In this document: positions 27,663 through 41,237 of the stretch, piece by piece
Position numbering within the stretch: position 1 is the first letter of the stretch
Layout of the letters: each line of letters begins with the position of its first letter
Assembly: GCA_038496445.1 (NCBI GenBank)
Contig: JALMLS010000448.1
Location: 1 to 64,000 of the forward strand
DNA length: 64,000 bases
Origin: Trichosphaerium sp. ATCC 40318
Lineage: Eukaryota > Protista > Tubulinea
Direction: 5' to 3'
Made by a program: the position numbers and the translations under genes
The notes under the pieces: model-generated
Databases searched by the model: none
Told to the model about the DNA's origin: nothing
Seen by the model: only the letters and a program-made list of their open reading frames with translations

Positions 27663-28201
27663 ATGAGCGAACCAACAACGCCTGAAGCGGTCGTGCCGCC
27701 TGAAGGCCTAATTTCGCCTCACAAGCCAAGTCAGGTAGAAACTGAACCAATGGTGCCAACAGATGGCCCAGCAAGCAATAATCAACCACCAAAACCAGAC
27801 CAAGCTCTACCAGATTTTCTGGCCGATGAAACGTTTCTAGCTGATTTAGAGGCAAACGCTAACGCTTGCGCGGCTAATTTGGCTGAAATGTTAGGTACAA
27901 ACAGAATAGTGTTAAACAAAGCTTACAAAATCATCTAGACCGTTTAAAAACTCAGTTACATGATGTAACTGCTATTTCAGTGCAATACATGAAGGTTTAT
28001 AAACTTTCAGTTGACAACTTGACTGAAGCGATAAATCAGCGTGTTTTAGCCATGCATAAACTCATCACGCAGGGTCAGGAGTTAAACCAAGATTTAAAGC
28101 GCGTACAAACTCTTCATAAACAAATAAAGTCCACAAAGCAGCTATTGGATGATCTGGAGGGTATGGTGAATAGGATGATAGCACGACGAAAACAAAAGTA
28201 G
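27663..28201 (+). CDS. BORCS6: BORC subunit 6 (lyspersin)-like coiled-coil protein, 2 exons
   Basis: LADLEANA...LHDVTAISVQYMKVYKLSVDNLTEAI...MHKLITQGQEL...QIKSTKQLLDDLE resembles the BORCS6 C-terminal domain. Confidence 0.7.
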
Positions 28202-28355
28202 TGGGCAACTACGCAAACTGTACATAAAGTTTTTTTATTGATGTAACGTTAGTTCTTGCTGTGGTCAGACCTTTTACGATTTTGAACGTTAACACATGTT
28301 GACTTTTTTGTTTTGTGTTTTCACATAAGCGCTTTATTGACAAACACAACGCAAG

Positions 28356-29926
28356 ATGGCTTTTGTTTCTTCAACGCGCTTTCTATCAATTCATGCAACT
28401 ACGCGTACAACGAAACATAAAACGCTAAAAGTTCGTTCTACGAACAGGCCGTACGTACAGGCGAACAGCGGTGCTAATAGTGAACCGAGGCGAAAAATAG
28501 ATGCTGACGTAAACGGGAATGCGATGTAAAGCGCCTAATAGCGTTTAGGGGCCTTCTTTTCAGGATTTTTTAGCTCCAGACTCGCCAATACGCATGAATA
28601 CAGGAGTATCAGTTGACGCAAAATCAGCCAAGGAGATGCCCGAGTGGCTTACGCCTAAGCGTCCTAAGGGTACCGTTTTAGCTCCTACGCAAAAATAACA
28701 TTTTTTTTATTGTTTTTATGCTGACGTTGAGTACAGAAAGTATGCGGTCACTATTCCGCATTAAAAAGGACTTGAAGAAGCTAAAAGTACGTTAAACGCT
28801 AATTAGTCCATAAAGTTTTTTGTCAAAAGTTCTTTTGTCTAAAGCAAGTTCCTTAGTTAAACACAGTTTGTGAAGAAGCTAAATGTATGAATATACATGA
28901 GTGCTGGGGTGGTGGTAAAGAAAATGTATCTACAGCAACTATTATGATAATGGGAGATGAGTGTACACGTGCTTGCAGGTTCTGTGCTGTAAAGGTCAGT
29001 AAGCTTCGTCTTTTTTTTTACCCTTCTCATTTTTTGTGTTTTTAGACTAGTCGAAAGCCAGCCCCTCTTGATGTTACTGAGCCAGAACATGTCTCTTCTG
29101 CTATTGCAAAATGGGGATTGAATTATGTTGTGCTTACTACAGTTGATCGTGATGACTTAGAAGATAGTGGTGCTGGTCATTTTGCTGAAACCATTAGACT
29201 TCTTAAACAGAAAAATTCTGATGTACTTGTGGAGTGTTTGACTGGTGATTTTGGTGGCACCCTCTCTGGTGTAGATACAGTAGTAAAATCAAAACCAGAC
29301 GTATACGCTCACAACGTAGAAGTTGTAGAAGAGTACGCATTAAGACTTACGAATGACCAAACCATCAAACCACAAAGTGTTGATCTAACTTTACAAAAAA
29401 GGCTTCAGAGGTGGGTAAGAGATCACAGAGCAAACTGGAATCAATCTATAGCAGTTTTAGAACGTGCAAAAGAATTCAATCCGGAAATAATAACTAAAAC
29501 ATCTCTCATGCTTGTACGCCACGTGTCACTTTGCAAAACCCAAAAAACATTATCAAAAATTCATATACCAACGTTTGTTGTAGGGCATTGGCGAGACAGA
29601 TGAGATGGTATTTAACTCAATGAAGAAGCTAAGAAAAGCAAAAGTAGACTGTCTTACTATAGGCCAATACTTACAACCTACAAAACGTCACATGAAGGTT
29701 GAGGAATATGTCACACCAGAGAAGTTTGACAGTTGGAGAAAAATTGGTACGGAAAAAAAAAAGCAGTGTACTTCTTCATACCTAACTTATTCCCATAGGT
29801 GAGGAGTTGGGTTTCTTGTATGTAGCTAGTGGACCACTGGTACGTTCTAGCTATAAAGCAGGAGAATTCTTTTTAGAGAATATACTCAAGAAGAGAAAAG
29901 AGGAAGCTGCCGAGAAATCTGTATAA
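28356..29926 (+). CDS. LIAS: Lipoyl synthase, mitochondrial (radical SAM)
   Basis: [53 protein letters not shown]. Confidence 0.97.
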
Positions 29927-30140
29927 TTTGAATAAAATAGTTGAACAATGAAGAGACTCTTGACTTTATTACTTCTCGTACCCGTTGTTATTTGTAAACT
30001 TTTCTAATGGGAATTTATAAGTATTTTTGAGAATTATTGATTATGTGAAACATGGCCACAAGTTTGAAAAACGGTTAATTTTGTAAAAGTTTGCATTAGA
30101 CTTAAAAAGTAGAATAAAAATACAACCCAATACGCAACTG

Positions 30141-30940
30141 ATGAGTTTTTTGGCAGGAATTAAGCAGAAACATCAATTAAAACCGGTTTGTTAACACATA
30201 TTAATTGCGCAATTATTTATATGCCTTGTTTAGACAACCACAATGGTAAAGACGCCTACCGGAGTTGTTTTGAAAGAAGTTGATGGCGTAAAATACCAAA
30301 AGGCACTAAACAAAAAGGTAATACGTTCTTACGCTGTTACAGGAAGGTGATAACTGGGTGCCATACCGACCATCAACAAAAGCCACCCTTGACATTCTTG
30401 AAGGCGTTGCAGATGAAAAGCTCTACGAAATTATACCAGGGCTATTCCTAGGATCTCAAGATGCTGCTAGTAACCTTCCAGGTAATACCACGCCATTCAA
30501 CCGCTAAAAAACTGACTTAAACAAGGACTTCAAAAAGAAAAAATTACACAAGTCCTCAATGTTGCTTATGGCGTTTCAAACTTCTACCCTGAACACTTCA
30601 AATATTTGGCTATCCCTCTGTTAGATGTTGGTATGTATAATTGTCTTCATAGTAAATAACAAAACATATTTATTTTTGTTCTCATTTTACTGTAGCTGAG
30701 ACAGAACTTCAAGAAGTGTTCGACAAGTGCTTCGATTTTATAAAACAAGGTCCTACGCTTGTACATTGTAATGCAGGCGTATCAAGATCTGCATCAGTAG
30801 TGATAGCGTACATCATGAAGTCTAAAAAAAAGTCATTCAAAGAAGCTTACAATATATGTAAAACAAAAAAAATGGATATTGCACCAAATGCTGGATTCAT
30901 GAATCAACTTAAACAGTATGAGGGAGTACTATCAAAATAA
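30141..30940 (+). CDS. Atypical dual-specificity phosphatase (DUSP19-like)
   Basis: LFLGSQDAA, VHCNAGVSRSAS, PNAGFMNQL. Confidence 0.92.
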
Positions 30941-31394
30941 TAAAACATACTGTAAAAAGTACACTTTGTGGATAATAAAAAATATAACAAAGACCATGGC
31001 ACGTGAACTTTGTAGATGCAATTTACAGCCCAAAAAAAAAAAACCAAAAGAACACTTGCAATTTCCTTCAATATTAGAAACTTCACATCACAACAATGTG
31101 TTTTTTGTTTGGGTTCTTGCTGTGCAACACAAAAACTTCACTGAAATGGAGATGTCTTTACATCGTTCGAAATGAATTGTAATGTGGTCAAATAAATTAT
31201 AGCACGTGTTACAAAAGTGCAAGAATTTGGTTTGCTTACAAGAGGCAAAACAACATGGAACTAAACTTGGTGGATCTAGTATTGGTGGAGGTGTGTTGGA
31301 GGGAGTTTGGCTGCGGCATGTTTGTGGAGATCAATTAGGGGAAATTTCGCATAATTTATTATTTTGTTGAATTCTGGTATTAAAGGCAACCACA

Positions 31395-33682
31395 ATGGAA
31401 GAGAAATGGGAAAAATGCGCTTCAATAGATGTAGAGACTGGTATTGATGCTTTCAAAGTTGTAATGGTATGTAAATAACCGAATGAGCTTTATTGTTTAC
31501 CGATGTCGTAGAAAGTATGGGCGGTAGCACCTGAGCACGTTTTAGAAGGTAATTTAACAAAAATTAGCCTTATGTACCTTTAACCTGTACGTAGGCGTAA
31601 GATACTACGACGTAGTGTGGCGGAAAACGTACGACGCTAATAAGAAAGAAACGAGCTGTACATTTTTTAAAACCAAAGATAAAGGTACCAATCGCCGTTT
31701 TACTACGTCTAAAACATTACTAGTACCTTTTCCCGAAGATCTAAAAGAAAATGAGCAATACTTCGATGAAGACACAGCAAAGCAAACAAATAGCCCTTGT
31801 TCGTATATGGAGTATAAAAGGGATCTATGGAAAAAGGGTTCAAGCGTTGAAGATAAATATGAAGACACGTTATGGCTTGATCTTGTAAAAGGAAGAGTCG
31901 AATTCCAACAAAAGTTTAAAGGGAAGCCTACCCTTGACCAGGTTGCTTTCTTTTACCCTAAAGTAGAAAAATTCGCTTGTTATTATGCTGTTGATGATAA
32001 AGGACAAGCTAGAGTTCAAGTTGATGCTGTATGGCTTCCGGAAATTGATTTTAGAGAAAAAATGGTAGGTGTCATTTTTTTTTTAGTTGTTGACTAAATG
32101 GCGGTTTTTGGGTTCTTATCACGTGGTAGACACAAATAAGCACATCATTTTTGAAAACAGTTAAGAGATGGATGAAGAATGAAGAAAATGGTGGGTACAA
32201 GAAAAGGTCCAAGTATGATCAAGTACGTCTTTTTTGTTGACATCTAGTACCACCGGTCTTTTGGAATTTTTACTGTCATCCAGGTGCTTTATAAATTCTT
32301 ATTCTTATCTTCAAGGTTGTACCTAGAACTATGTATATGCGTAGATACGATGAAATGAAGAAAAAGTATAAATGGTGGGCTGATAACTGGCCAGAACGTA
32401 CAGCAGCACAAAAATATGTGTATGAAGATATATCCCTTGCAGCGTACTTGGTATCAATGTGGGACCTTGAGCGTATGCGAACGCGATCAACAAAGTACCT
32501 ACCCTCTAGTTTTTGGCATTTCTTTCGAAGACAAACTAATCACGTGACATAGAATGCAAACCTTTGTTGATTTGGGATGCGGAAACGGATTTTTAGTTTA
32601 TCTTCTTGTACACGAAGGATATGATGGTAAAGGTGTTGATTTACAAAAAAGAAAGATATGGGATAAATATCCTGATAATGTAAAATTGGAACTTACTTCT
32701 GTGTACCCTGACAAAGCGAGGTTCCCTGAAGCAGATTGGATTTTGGGAAATCATTCAGGTATGTCATCAAAGACACCATAACCGAATCGAACATTTGTGC
32801 TTAATTGTTGTTCAGATGAATTGACTCCTTGGATACCATATGTAGCTGCAATGTCATCACATACTACCAGGTAATTCAAATGATGTCTTGTTCATTACAT
32901 GGGCAACAGTGTTGACTCGTAGTTTAGATTTTGGGTACTTCCTTGTTGCTTTTTTGATTTTATGGGAAAATTTGAACCAGTTGATCCTAAGATTGGTAAA
33001 TACAAGTAAGCCACACCTGTATATAACTCATTAATAATACAATAATAGGACATATTTAAACTATGTTGCAGATGTAGCTAGAAAATGTGGGTTTAAAGTA
33101 AGTCAAGAGCGAGGATCAATGTAGTTTGTTTTTTCATTTTTTTAACCAGCTTTTTTAGTACTGGACTGACAAGCACCGTATTCCTTCTACGAAGGATCAC
33201 TGTATTGTTGGATATGACAGAAACTATGATATAAATAACCCAGAACATGTTGATTATGTAGAAAGCGTAAAGAGGAGCATGGTAGGGTCTGTAGGTCACG
33301 GGTTTGCACCTAAAGCAAAAGTTGATCCAAACAAAGGTACAAAATTTGCCCGCTCAAATCCTTCATGTCTATCACTTTCAGTTCTTTCAAATACCATCTT
33401 ACATTGTTTATAGGAAAGAATAAGTTCCTTAGATCTCTTATTCATCTGCCTAAAGGTCATCCTAAACGTACAAAGCTCATTACTTCAACATTCATTTTTT
33501 GATTGACTTATGTTTTTTCATTAGTTAAGCACGAGTTTGCTCGTAGTACACTTGCATCATACAAAGCTGATGAGTCATTAATACCAAAGAAAGTAAAACC
33601 ACTCATCCCTCAGATATCTGATGAAGCTGTTATGGAAGGAACAAACCTCTTTGGAGGAGATGATTCTGATGACGAATACTAA
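31395..33682 (+). CDS. TRM44: tRNA (uracil-44 2'-O)-methyltransferase
   Basis: [47 protein letters not shown]. Confidence 0.92.
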
Positions 33683-33863
33683 ATGCGTTGTTGCTGTAAG
33701 GATAAACTATATTACTCTTGTTATTGTGTTTGTGTTGAGTTTGATGTCTGAGAAAGCTTTTCGACTGAATTGTAGGCCAAGTTCGTTTTACTGAATTCCA
33801 CTGACGGTTAAGTATGCCCAAACTAATCATAAATTGTAATTACATACACCACACGCGTTGAAT

Positions 33864-36506
33864 ATGTTAAGAACCGCATTTGTACATCGTTTAGTAATAA
33901 ACCACTTGTTAACGTTATTAGACGTTGCGAAATCACTGTACAGTGCGTCAAAAGCGTTACACGCGTTACGTTAAGACCCAAGCTGCAAGTAAAGAACGTA
34001 CAACATTATACTTAGCTTTACCGTACTAACATACGTAGCGCAAACGTCGTTAGAAGATTTACAAGCAGAATTGACAGCTGCTCAAAAGAAAGTTGAGACG
34101 TTAAAACGTAGCATTGCTCAATGCCGCAATTTAGCCAAGTGCGCACTCAATAAACACTATTTAATACACTGACACTTTAATTAGCACCAAAGCAAAATCT
34201 GTACTTTTAATCGGCGCAGGACGATCTTCTACGTGTGCTATAGACTATCTACTGGCGCACGCGAAGAGGGATAACTATACAGTCAAAATTGCCGACGCTG
34301 ACCTCAGCGCTGCTCAAAATGCTCTTGGTGATAGCGTATATGGGTCGGCAATCAAGTTTGATGTAAATAATGACGCTCAGAGGACTGAGGAGGTAAAACA
34401 AGACGCTTTTATTTTAGCTTTTTCTTGTTTTTTACCAAACATGTTAGGTTAAAAAATCTGATGTGGTGATATCTCTACTACCTATGACGATGCATCATAT
34501 CGTTGCTAAAGACTGTATCACTCATAAGAAAGATCTAGTGACAGCATCATACGTGTCAGATGAAATGAAGGTGACGTCATTTACAACAAAGTTTGAAGAA
34601 AAAAAAGAGATTTGTTTATGACTTCAAGTCTCTTTTTCTTCGTTTCTAAAGGTTTTATCTAGGCACTAGATAAACCTGCACAGGATGCAGGTATACTATT
34701 ACTAAATGAGATGGGAGTAGACCCAGGTATTGATCACATGTCTTGCATGAGGGTTGTAAACCAAATAAAGGAGGATCACGGAGATATTCTTGGGGTTGAG
34801 ACGTTTACAGGTACTTTTTCTTACTTTCATTTGCTGCATAAAAACCACGTTTCTTTTATTCGTATTTGGTTCTATAGTAACAAGAGAATAGGTGGTCTTG
34901 TAGCGCCTGAGAGTGATGACAATCCGTGGAATTATAAATTCACTTGGGCTCCTAGAAATGTTGTATTGGCTGGATCGGATGGTGTCCGTTTTATCCATCA
35001 TGGAGAACTGAAATATATACCTCCTCATCAAGTGTTTTCAAGATATGAATTCTTATCTGTCCCTGATCCACACCATAATAACAGGTACGCACATATTTCT
35101 TCATCCAAATAATGTGTCCGTTCGATGTGGCTTTAATGAAGAGTTTCTTGAAGTTCTTCGTTTATGACTAAAGGATGTGACTGGAATCTAGTTATTCGTT
35201 GTTGTTATTTCTTTGTAAGTTCATTTATAACTGTTTTTTGAAGGGAGCTTTTGTTGGAAGGATATGCAAACAGAGATTCTTTAAAATACCGATCTGTTTA
35301 TGGATTAGATTCTATTCCTACTTTTTATCGTGGTACATTGAGGTACACGTGTATTTTTTATTATTTCATTTTAATAACGTGTTTGTTGTATAATAGGAAG
35401 CGTGGATTCTGTAAAGCATGGTCAATGTTTGTAGCGTACGATATTAGCAACAGCTTTTTATGTTTGCTTTGTTTTTTTTTTTGATTACTTCCTTACTTTG
35501 TTTATAGCTTGGGCTTGACCGCCGATGATTATACCATAGAGAATTCCGAAAATATGACGTATAGGTAAATGCGGTTTACCTTGCGGATACTTATCTTTGA
35601 AGCTTGCACTACAAACAAACTTTTATAGTTGTTAACTTGTTTAATTTTTTAGGGAGTTTCTTAATTCTTTCCTGACTTGGAGTGCTGTTGATAGTGTTGA
35701 ATTGAAAACAGCGTATTATCTTGGTATGTAAACATTATATTGTATGTGACACCTCTCTAATGGGTTTTGCATAAAAGGCGTGAGTATGCATAGCGATGAG
35801 ATGAATAAATTAAAATGGCTTGGAATCTTTGATGATAGAAAGATTGGTTTAAAAAAAGCAACACCTGCTCAGATACTTGAAAAAATACTTGCACGTATGT
35901 TATAACTATGTATAAATATCCTAGTATTTTATTTCATAGTTGGTATTGTAGTAGACCATATTACAACCTTCTCGGTGTTTGCTTGTTGGTGGTTTGAAAC
36001 ATTCTTTTTTTTGAAAGTCAAACTTTTTTGTTTTGATTGAGTGGTTGCTTACAAAGATTTTAGGCAAGTGGAAAATGCGTCCTGAGGATAAAGATATGAT
36101 TATTATGCTTAACTCTTATAAGCATGAGACATCTCGTGGTATTTCTTTAGAGACAACAGAACATATGGTAGTATATGGAGAAGACGACAAACGCACAGGT
36201 ATTAAACAATTTCATCGTTTTTATTTGTGTGATTGCTGACTTTAATTTTTTTACAAATAGCTATGGCTAAGACTGTTGGACTTCCTGTAGCTATTAGCGC
36301 ACATTTAATTCTTCAAGGAAAGATCAAAGCAACTGGTGTTCGCATCCCTATTTCGAAGGTATCTTTTTTTTTTCCCCTTTGGTTTTTTATTATTCATACT
36401 TAATGTATTGATGTAGGAGGTTTATGAGCCTATATTGGATGTACTTGCTGAAGAAGGTATTAAATTCCATACAAGAACAAAGGAAATTCCTGGCCTTGTA
36501 TTGTAA
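33864..36506 (+). CDS. Saccharopine dehydrogenase (monofunctional, Bacteroidetes-like sequence) with presequence
   Basis: [76 protein letters not shown]. Confidence 0.93.
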
Positions 36507-36689
36507 ATACTAAGAAACTAGTCAAGTCCAAACCTTGTTGTTAGTATTGGTATTTATTACTATGTACACTAAGTTAACCGTACAAGTTCAAACTGATGTC
36601 TTATGAATGGAAAGGACCTTATTGTAGTAACTATGAATATATTTAAATAGTTTAATGGATCTAATGTTTAAACAAACTTTGAAGTGATT

Positions 36690-37256
36690 CTACATAGACT
36701 TGCAAGTATTTTTTCTTTTTTTTCTTTTTGTTTTTTGTTGTTGTGGTTTAGGATTATTAATTGAAAGCTGTATTGCCTTTACAAATGCATCATTTACATT
36801 ATCACCTGTCTTTGCTGATATTTCATAGAAAGGAGCATCATAATTATCAGCTAGTTCTTTTCCTTGTTTGAAAGAAACTTCTCTTTCTTCTTCAAGATCA
36901 TTTTTGTTTCCAACAACTACAATGTTAATTGAGGTATCCTTTTTTCTTATTGATTTAAGCTCTTCAAGGTATTCTTCAAGGTGTTCTATTGATTCTTGGT
37001 TGGTTATATCGTAAACCATCAGAAAAGCATCTGATGTGCGCATGTAGTTCTCTCGCATGAATTTAAAGTCTTCTTGGCCTGCTGTATCATTAAGATCAAG
37101 TAATACTTGTTTATCGTCAACAGTAACATTTAAACGATAGCTGTCATCGATTGTGGGGTCTGCTTCGTCGTTGAATTCGCCAGAGCTATAACGCATGATA
37201 ATACTTGATTTACCCACGCCACTGATGCCTAGAGTACAAAGGCTGCACTGTGTCAT
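36690..37256 (-). CDS. Ras-family small GTPase, intronless, with polybasic tail and CaaX
   Basis: GISGVGKS, DPTIDDSY, DTAGQE, NKND, SAK, KTKRKKRK-CKSM. Confidence 0.95.
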   Translation of the reverse strand: MTQCSLCTLGISGVGKSSIIMRYSSGEFNDEADPTIDDSYRLNVTVDDKQVLLDLNDTAGQEDFKFMRENYMRTSDAFLMVYDITNQESIEHLEEYLEELKSIRKKDTSINIVVVGNKNDLEEEREVSFKQGKELADNYDAPFYEISAKTGDNVNDAFVKAIQLSINNPKPQQQKTKRKKRKNTCKSM

Positions 37257-37285
37257 TATTTATAACTTGATAATGTAGTTTAAGT

Positions 37286-37326
37286 AAACTATGACTTAAA
37301 AAAGTAGAAATTTTATTTGAAAACAT
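37286..37326. repeat. 41-bp dispersed direct repeat, copy 1 (upstream of Ras)
   Basis: aaactatgacttaaaaaagtagaaattttatttgaaaacat; 38/41 identical to 40905-40945. Confidence 0.8.
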
Positions 37327-38246
37327 ACCACGTGTTTTTAACCATTTTTCTTTGTACAATTGTTCTTGCAAGATCTTACACTTTGATACCTCTGCCAAAC
37401 CTATTGCAAACTTGAGTGATACGGGCAATATCATGGAAGCCTTGGTCTTGTAGTAAACTAGTTATAGTACAAAAAAGGCAGTTTTGCAATCAACCCGTTG
37501 TTGTTAAAGAATGGAACTTAGGAATGCTACAAGACAACGCAATTGCGTTATGGGCAATCAAATAGAGATGATCAATCTTTAACAGCGCAAATCACTTCAA
37601 CCTTAAACCACGTGATTTCTGCTGTTTGTATAACGTGGTTTCTGTAGTCCCTTCATAAACTTTACAAACACTACGGTACCATCGAGGTTATGAGAGAACT
37701 GAAAGTACGGTTTATGTCTACAAGAACACTACGGGCTAACAAAAATTACAATTGTCAACGTACAAAAAATACGCATTGACAGGGATCTTGTAGATAAAAA
37801 CTGTTTCCTTCGTGACAATCTGCGAAAAAGGCTCGTGTATATCTTTAACCATCAACAGTCCAACCTCACTAAGGTCGGAAGATTCCTTTGATAAAGCGAA
37901 GACAAACAAGTGCGTAGACTTTAATTAATTCCAACTTACAGCGTTCAACATTGTTTTGGCGAACATTCTGATAACGTGCTTTTCTGAAATTACCAATTAC
38001 TTCGAACAAGTTCTAATGACACCCAAAATACTCTACCCGTTCTTTTTTACGCGTGAAATTATGCCTCAACACAGTGACTGCATTTACCCTAATTTTTTTC
38101 TACAGTTCCTTTCTTGGTATATAGCTATATTCGTATTCTTGCTAATGGGTAATAACTTGGGTGTTGAAAAGGATCAACGGAGAAAAGGCTTAGTGTTCCG
38201 TTTTTTGGCTTAAATTAATACTACAAAACCCGTTAATAGTGGCAAC

Positions 38247-40860
38247 ATGTCACGCGCAGCCACCGCGTTAAGGTATTGATTTATAGTGTAATAGTCACTC
38301 ACCACAGATAGTGCCTTTATGTTATTGACTTGTATCAACGTTTATATCGCCCAACAACCTCCTTCGGCCGGTATCATACCCGGAACATGCATTACTTATC
38401 AACATAGCTTTACGGGATCGCCTAGTCTTTGTGATACCGTTATTCCATACGGTACAAGTATATTTGTAGCCAATGACTCATCCGTTGCCATATTATACAG
38501 GCACATAATTTAAATTCTCTAAAACACGACTAACGCGCGTAAAAGTGATGTTGCGCCTATTGAACAGATCATTTCAATCGTACCAGAAGCCTGCCTAGCC
38601 TCTGGACCTCAATTTGTGTGTGAAGCAGCTTTTAGGCCTTGCTTAGATAACGGACGTACGTTTGATTACCTTTCAAACACCCTCAACAGTGAATCACGAT
38701 AATTACGATTTGGCGAATTTCTATTGTTTGGCGAATTTCTATTGTATTCTTTTAAAACAGAGAAAACGCATTACGCCTAAAACTCAGCCACACCCGCATT
38801 TTCATTGCAGAATATTTTTTAAATTGCTATTTTACCAAATAGGAAATTCCTTTCGATGGCCATTTTTCGTCACTAAACAATCATGATTAGAACCACGTAT
38901 TCCTTGTAAAGATCTTTGTGAAGACACAGTACGAGAATGCGGGTCAATTCTTGCCCTTGCAAATCGTGTATTGGACTGTAACGATCAAGCAATAGCAATT
39001 GAAAATTGTAATATTACAGGTAACTACTTTTTTCCACCTTGACAATAGTCCTTGTGCTTTACTCAAGAGGTTTACCATAAATAAAACCCTTGCTGGGCTT
39101 GTCAGTAGAGCATTTAGAACACTTTTCTAATGATGACAGCCATCAGACACAGTTTTATTGTTAGAAATGTAAGGTTTTTTTTTGACTTTCTCGATTGTAG
39201 GAACAAGTAACACTAGTATAAACTCTTTCACTAAAACATGTGCTGAAATGGGCCTTCTTGATGATGCTGATACAACTGCTGATATTAAATGCGGGTTATG
39301 TCCTTTTCCAGTATTCCGTGGTGAGTTTCTTTTTTGGCTTTTTTTATTTTCTTTGAGATTGACTTCAAGCGCTTACAAATTTTAGATAATGTGTACACGG
39401 CAATATACGCGTACATGGTTACCTTGTGTATCCTAGCGCTTATATTGCAAGTACCTTCATTTGCAGCATTTGTATCAACAAAGACGTACATTAGAGGTTG
39501 CTTTTTTTGTTTAACCTTTTTGTTGTAGATACCTAACGTTCTCTGCTCATTTCTTTATTATTTATTCCATTGATACAATTATACCAGCTTGCTTGGGTGT
39601 GTTTGTTGGGTTATCACCAGAAGATTGGATATGCTCCAGTCCTACAACTTTCGCAACCCAGAGCTATGTACCATGTACTGTTGTAGGTAATCTTATCAAA
39701 ATATTTTCTCAATTTTTTCCGTTTTTCTAATGCTCAGTAGGCACAATTCTTGTTTTTGTATCTAATCAATTCCACCTTGCTACAATGTGCCATACTTTTA
39801 CTGTATATTATAATTTTAAACTTGGTCCCAGATTACTCAATCGTGGAGGTTTACCAAACTGGTACAAATATGTACGTGTCGAGAATTATGTTTTCTAAAG
39901 ACAAGAGCTCATTGCGATGTACAGACAACTTATGCTATCATCTGGGTATTACCTGCTATACTTTCTTTGATAGCTGGTACAACAAATTCTATTGGTGGTG
40001 GTCCTTACGGTTGTTATTGTACGTCTGTTTTTAAGCTAAATTCTTTGAAGTGATGTTGTTCTCACTTCTCGTTTTTTTAGTTTTGGGCAATTGGCAAGAC
40101 TGGCTTTTGCTATTTGGGTTTCCTATGGTTCCCTCAATATTAATATCGTTATTTTGCCTTGCATACATTGTATATAACCTCTTTACGGTACGTTGAAAGA
40201 GAAACATGCAATAGCTAATTCAATTCTTAAGGGTGTGTCTGGTTCTGCCCAAAAACGAGTCACCACAGCCATGTTAACGACTCTATTCACTCTTGTTATA
40301 ACATTTATTGTTGTGTTATCTTGTAGGATATATGTTGATTCTACTTTTGGTGATATAGAAGCCGTAAGAATTTCTACTTTGCACCCTTTTTGGATTTGTT
40401 TTTTTTTCATGCCAGAATTGTTTTGTTAATCCTGTGTTTGTAGATCGTTTTACGATATATCAACTGTGTTGGTACTATTAGCAATACCATTGACGATTGT
40501 ACTTCTATTCAAGACGAGTCTTACGTGTACCTTGGAGTCATATTTACTTCGATATTCGTTTCCTATGTACGTTTTCTAAAGAACATTACAATGACACATG
40601 TGATGTCACAACAATTCGATATTGACGTGTGTTTTAATAGGCTGGTGGTGTAATTATTTTTTTCTCATGGCTGCCTCATATGTACGTACTTTAATGATGT
40701 AGATGAAAGCTTAACAGGATGGGTTTCTAGAAAATTTCGAGATGCTCTTTCTAATTTGCCTTATATATTCTCTCGTAAGAGTACTAGCACAAGATCTACC
40801 AACGGAAGCTCTGGGGTATCTCACGGTAGTATCAATGATAAAAATACTACAACACTGTAA
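38247..40860 (+). CDS. Frizzled/Smoothened-like GPCR (cysteine-rich domain + 7TM)
   Basis: Signal peptide; CRD-type C...PQFVCEAAFRPC...PCKDLCEDTVREC; CPFP linker; several TM-encoding exons. Confidence 0.8.
38709..38744. repeat. Perfect 18-bp tandem duplication in an intron
   Basis: tttggcgaatttctattg x2. Confidence 0.9.
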
Positions 40861-40904
40861 AGAATATGAAAAAATAACCCAACTTTATAAACTATAAATC
40901 ATGC

Positions 40905-40945
40905 AAACAATGACTTAAAAAAGTAGGAATTTTATGTGAAAACAT
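40905..40945. repeat. 41-bp dispersed direct repeat, copy 2
   Basis: aaacaatgacttaaaaaagtaggaattttatgtgaaaacat. Confidence 0.8.
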
Positions 40946-41237
40946 GAGGCATGCTGAAGTTACACGTGATTAATAAAAATGACGCAACATTTTGTTTCTG
41001 ACCATCAATAGCAGCTGAAGTATATAAGTAAACAGTGCTACTAAAACAAAAAAAACCACAAAGTGGTTTTTTCTCTACTTCTCTTCAACTACTACTACCT
41101 TACGAAGTATCTATTAACCTCTGGGTACTATACATTGTCTAGGCGGTTCGTACATTTGAGTCTCGAGCAAAGATTCGTTATGTGGAGTAACATAAACATC
41201 ACAAGTTTTTACAGCTTTTTTGTGGTTTTTGAGTTCT

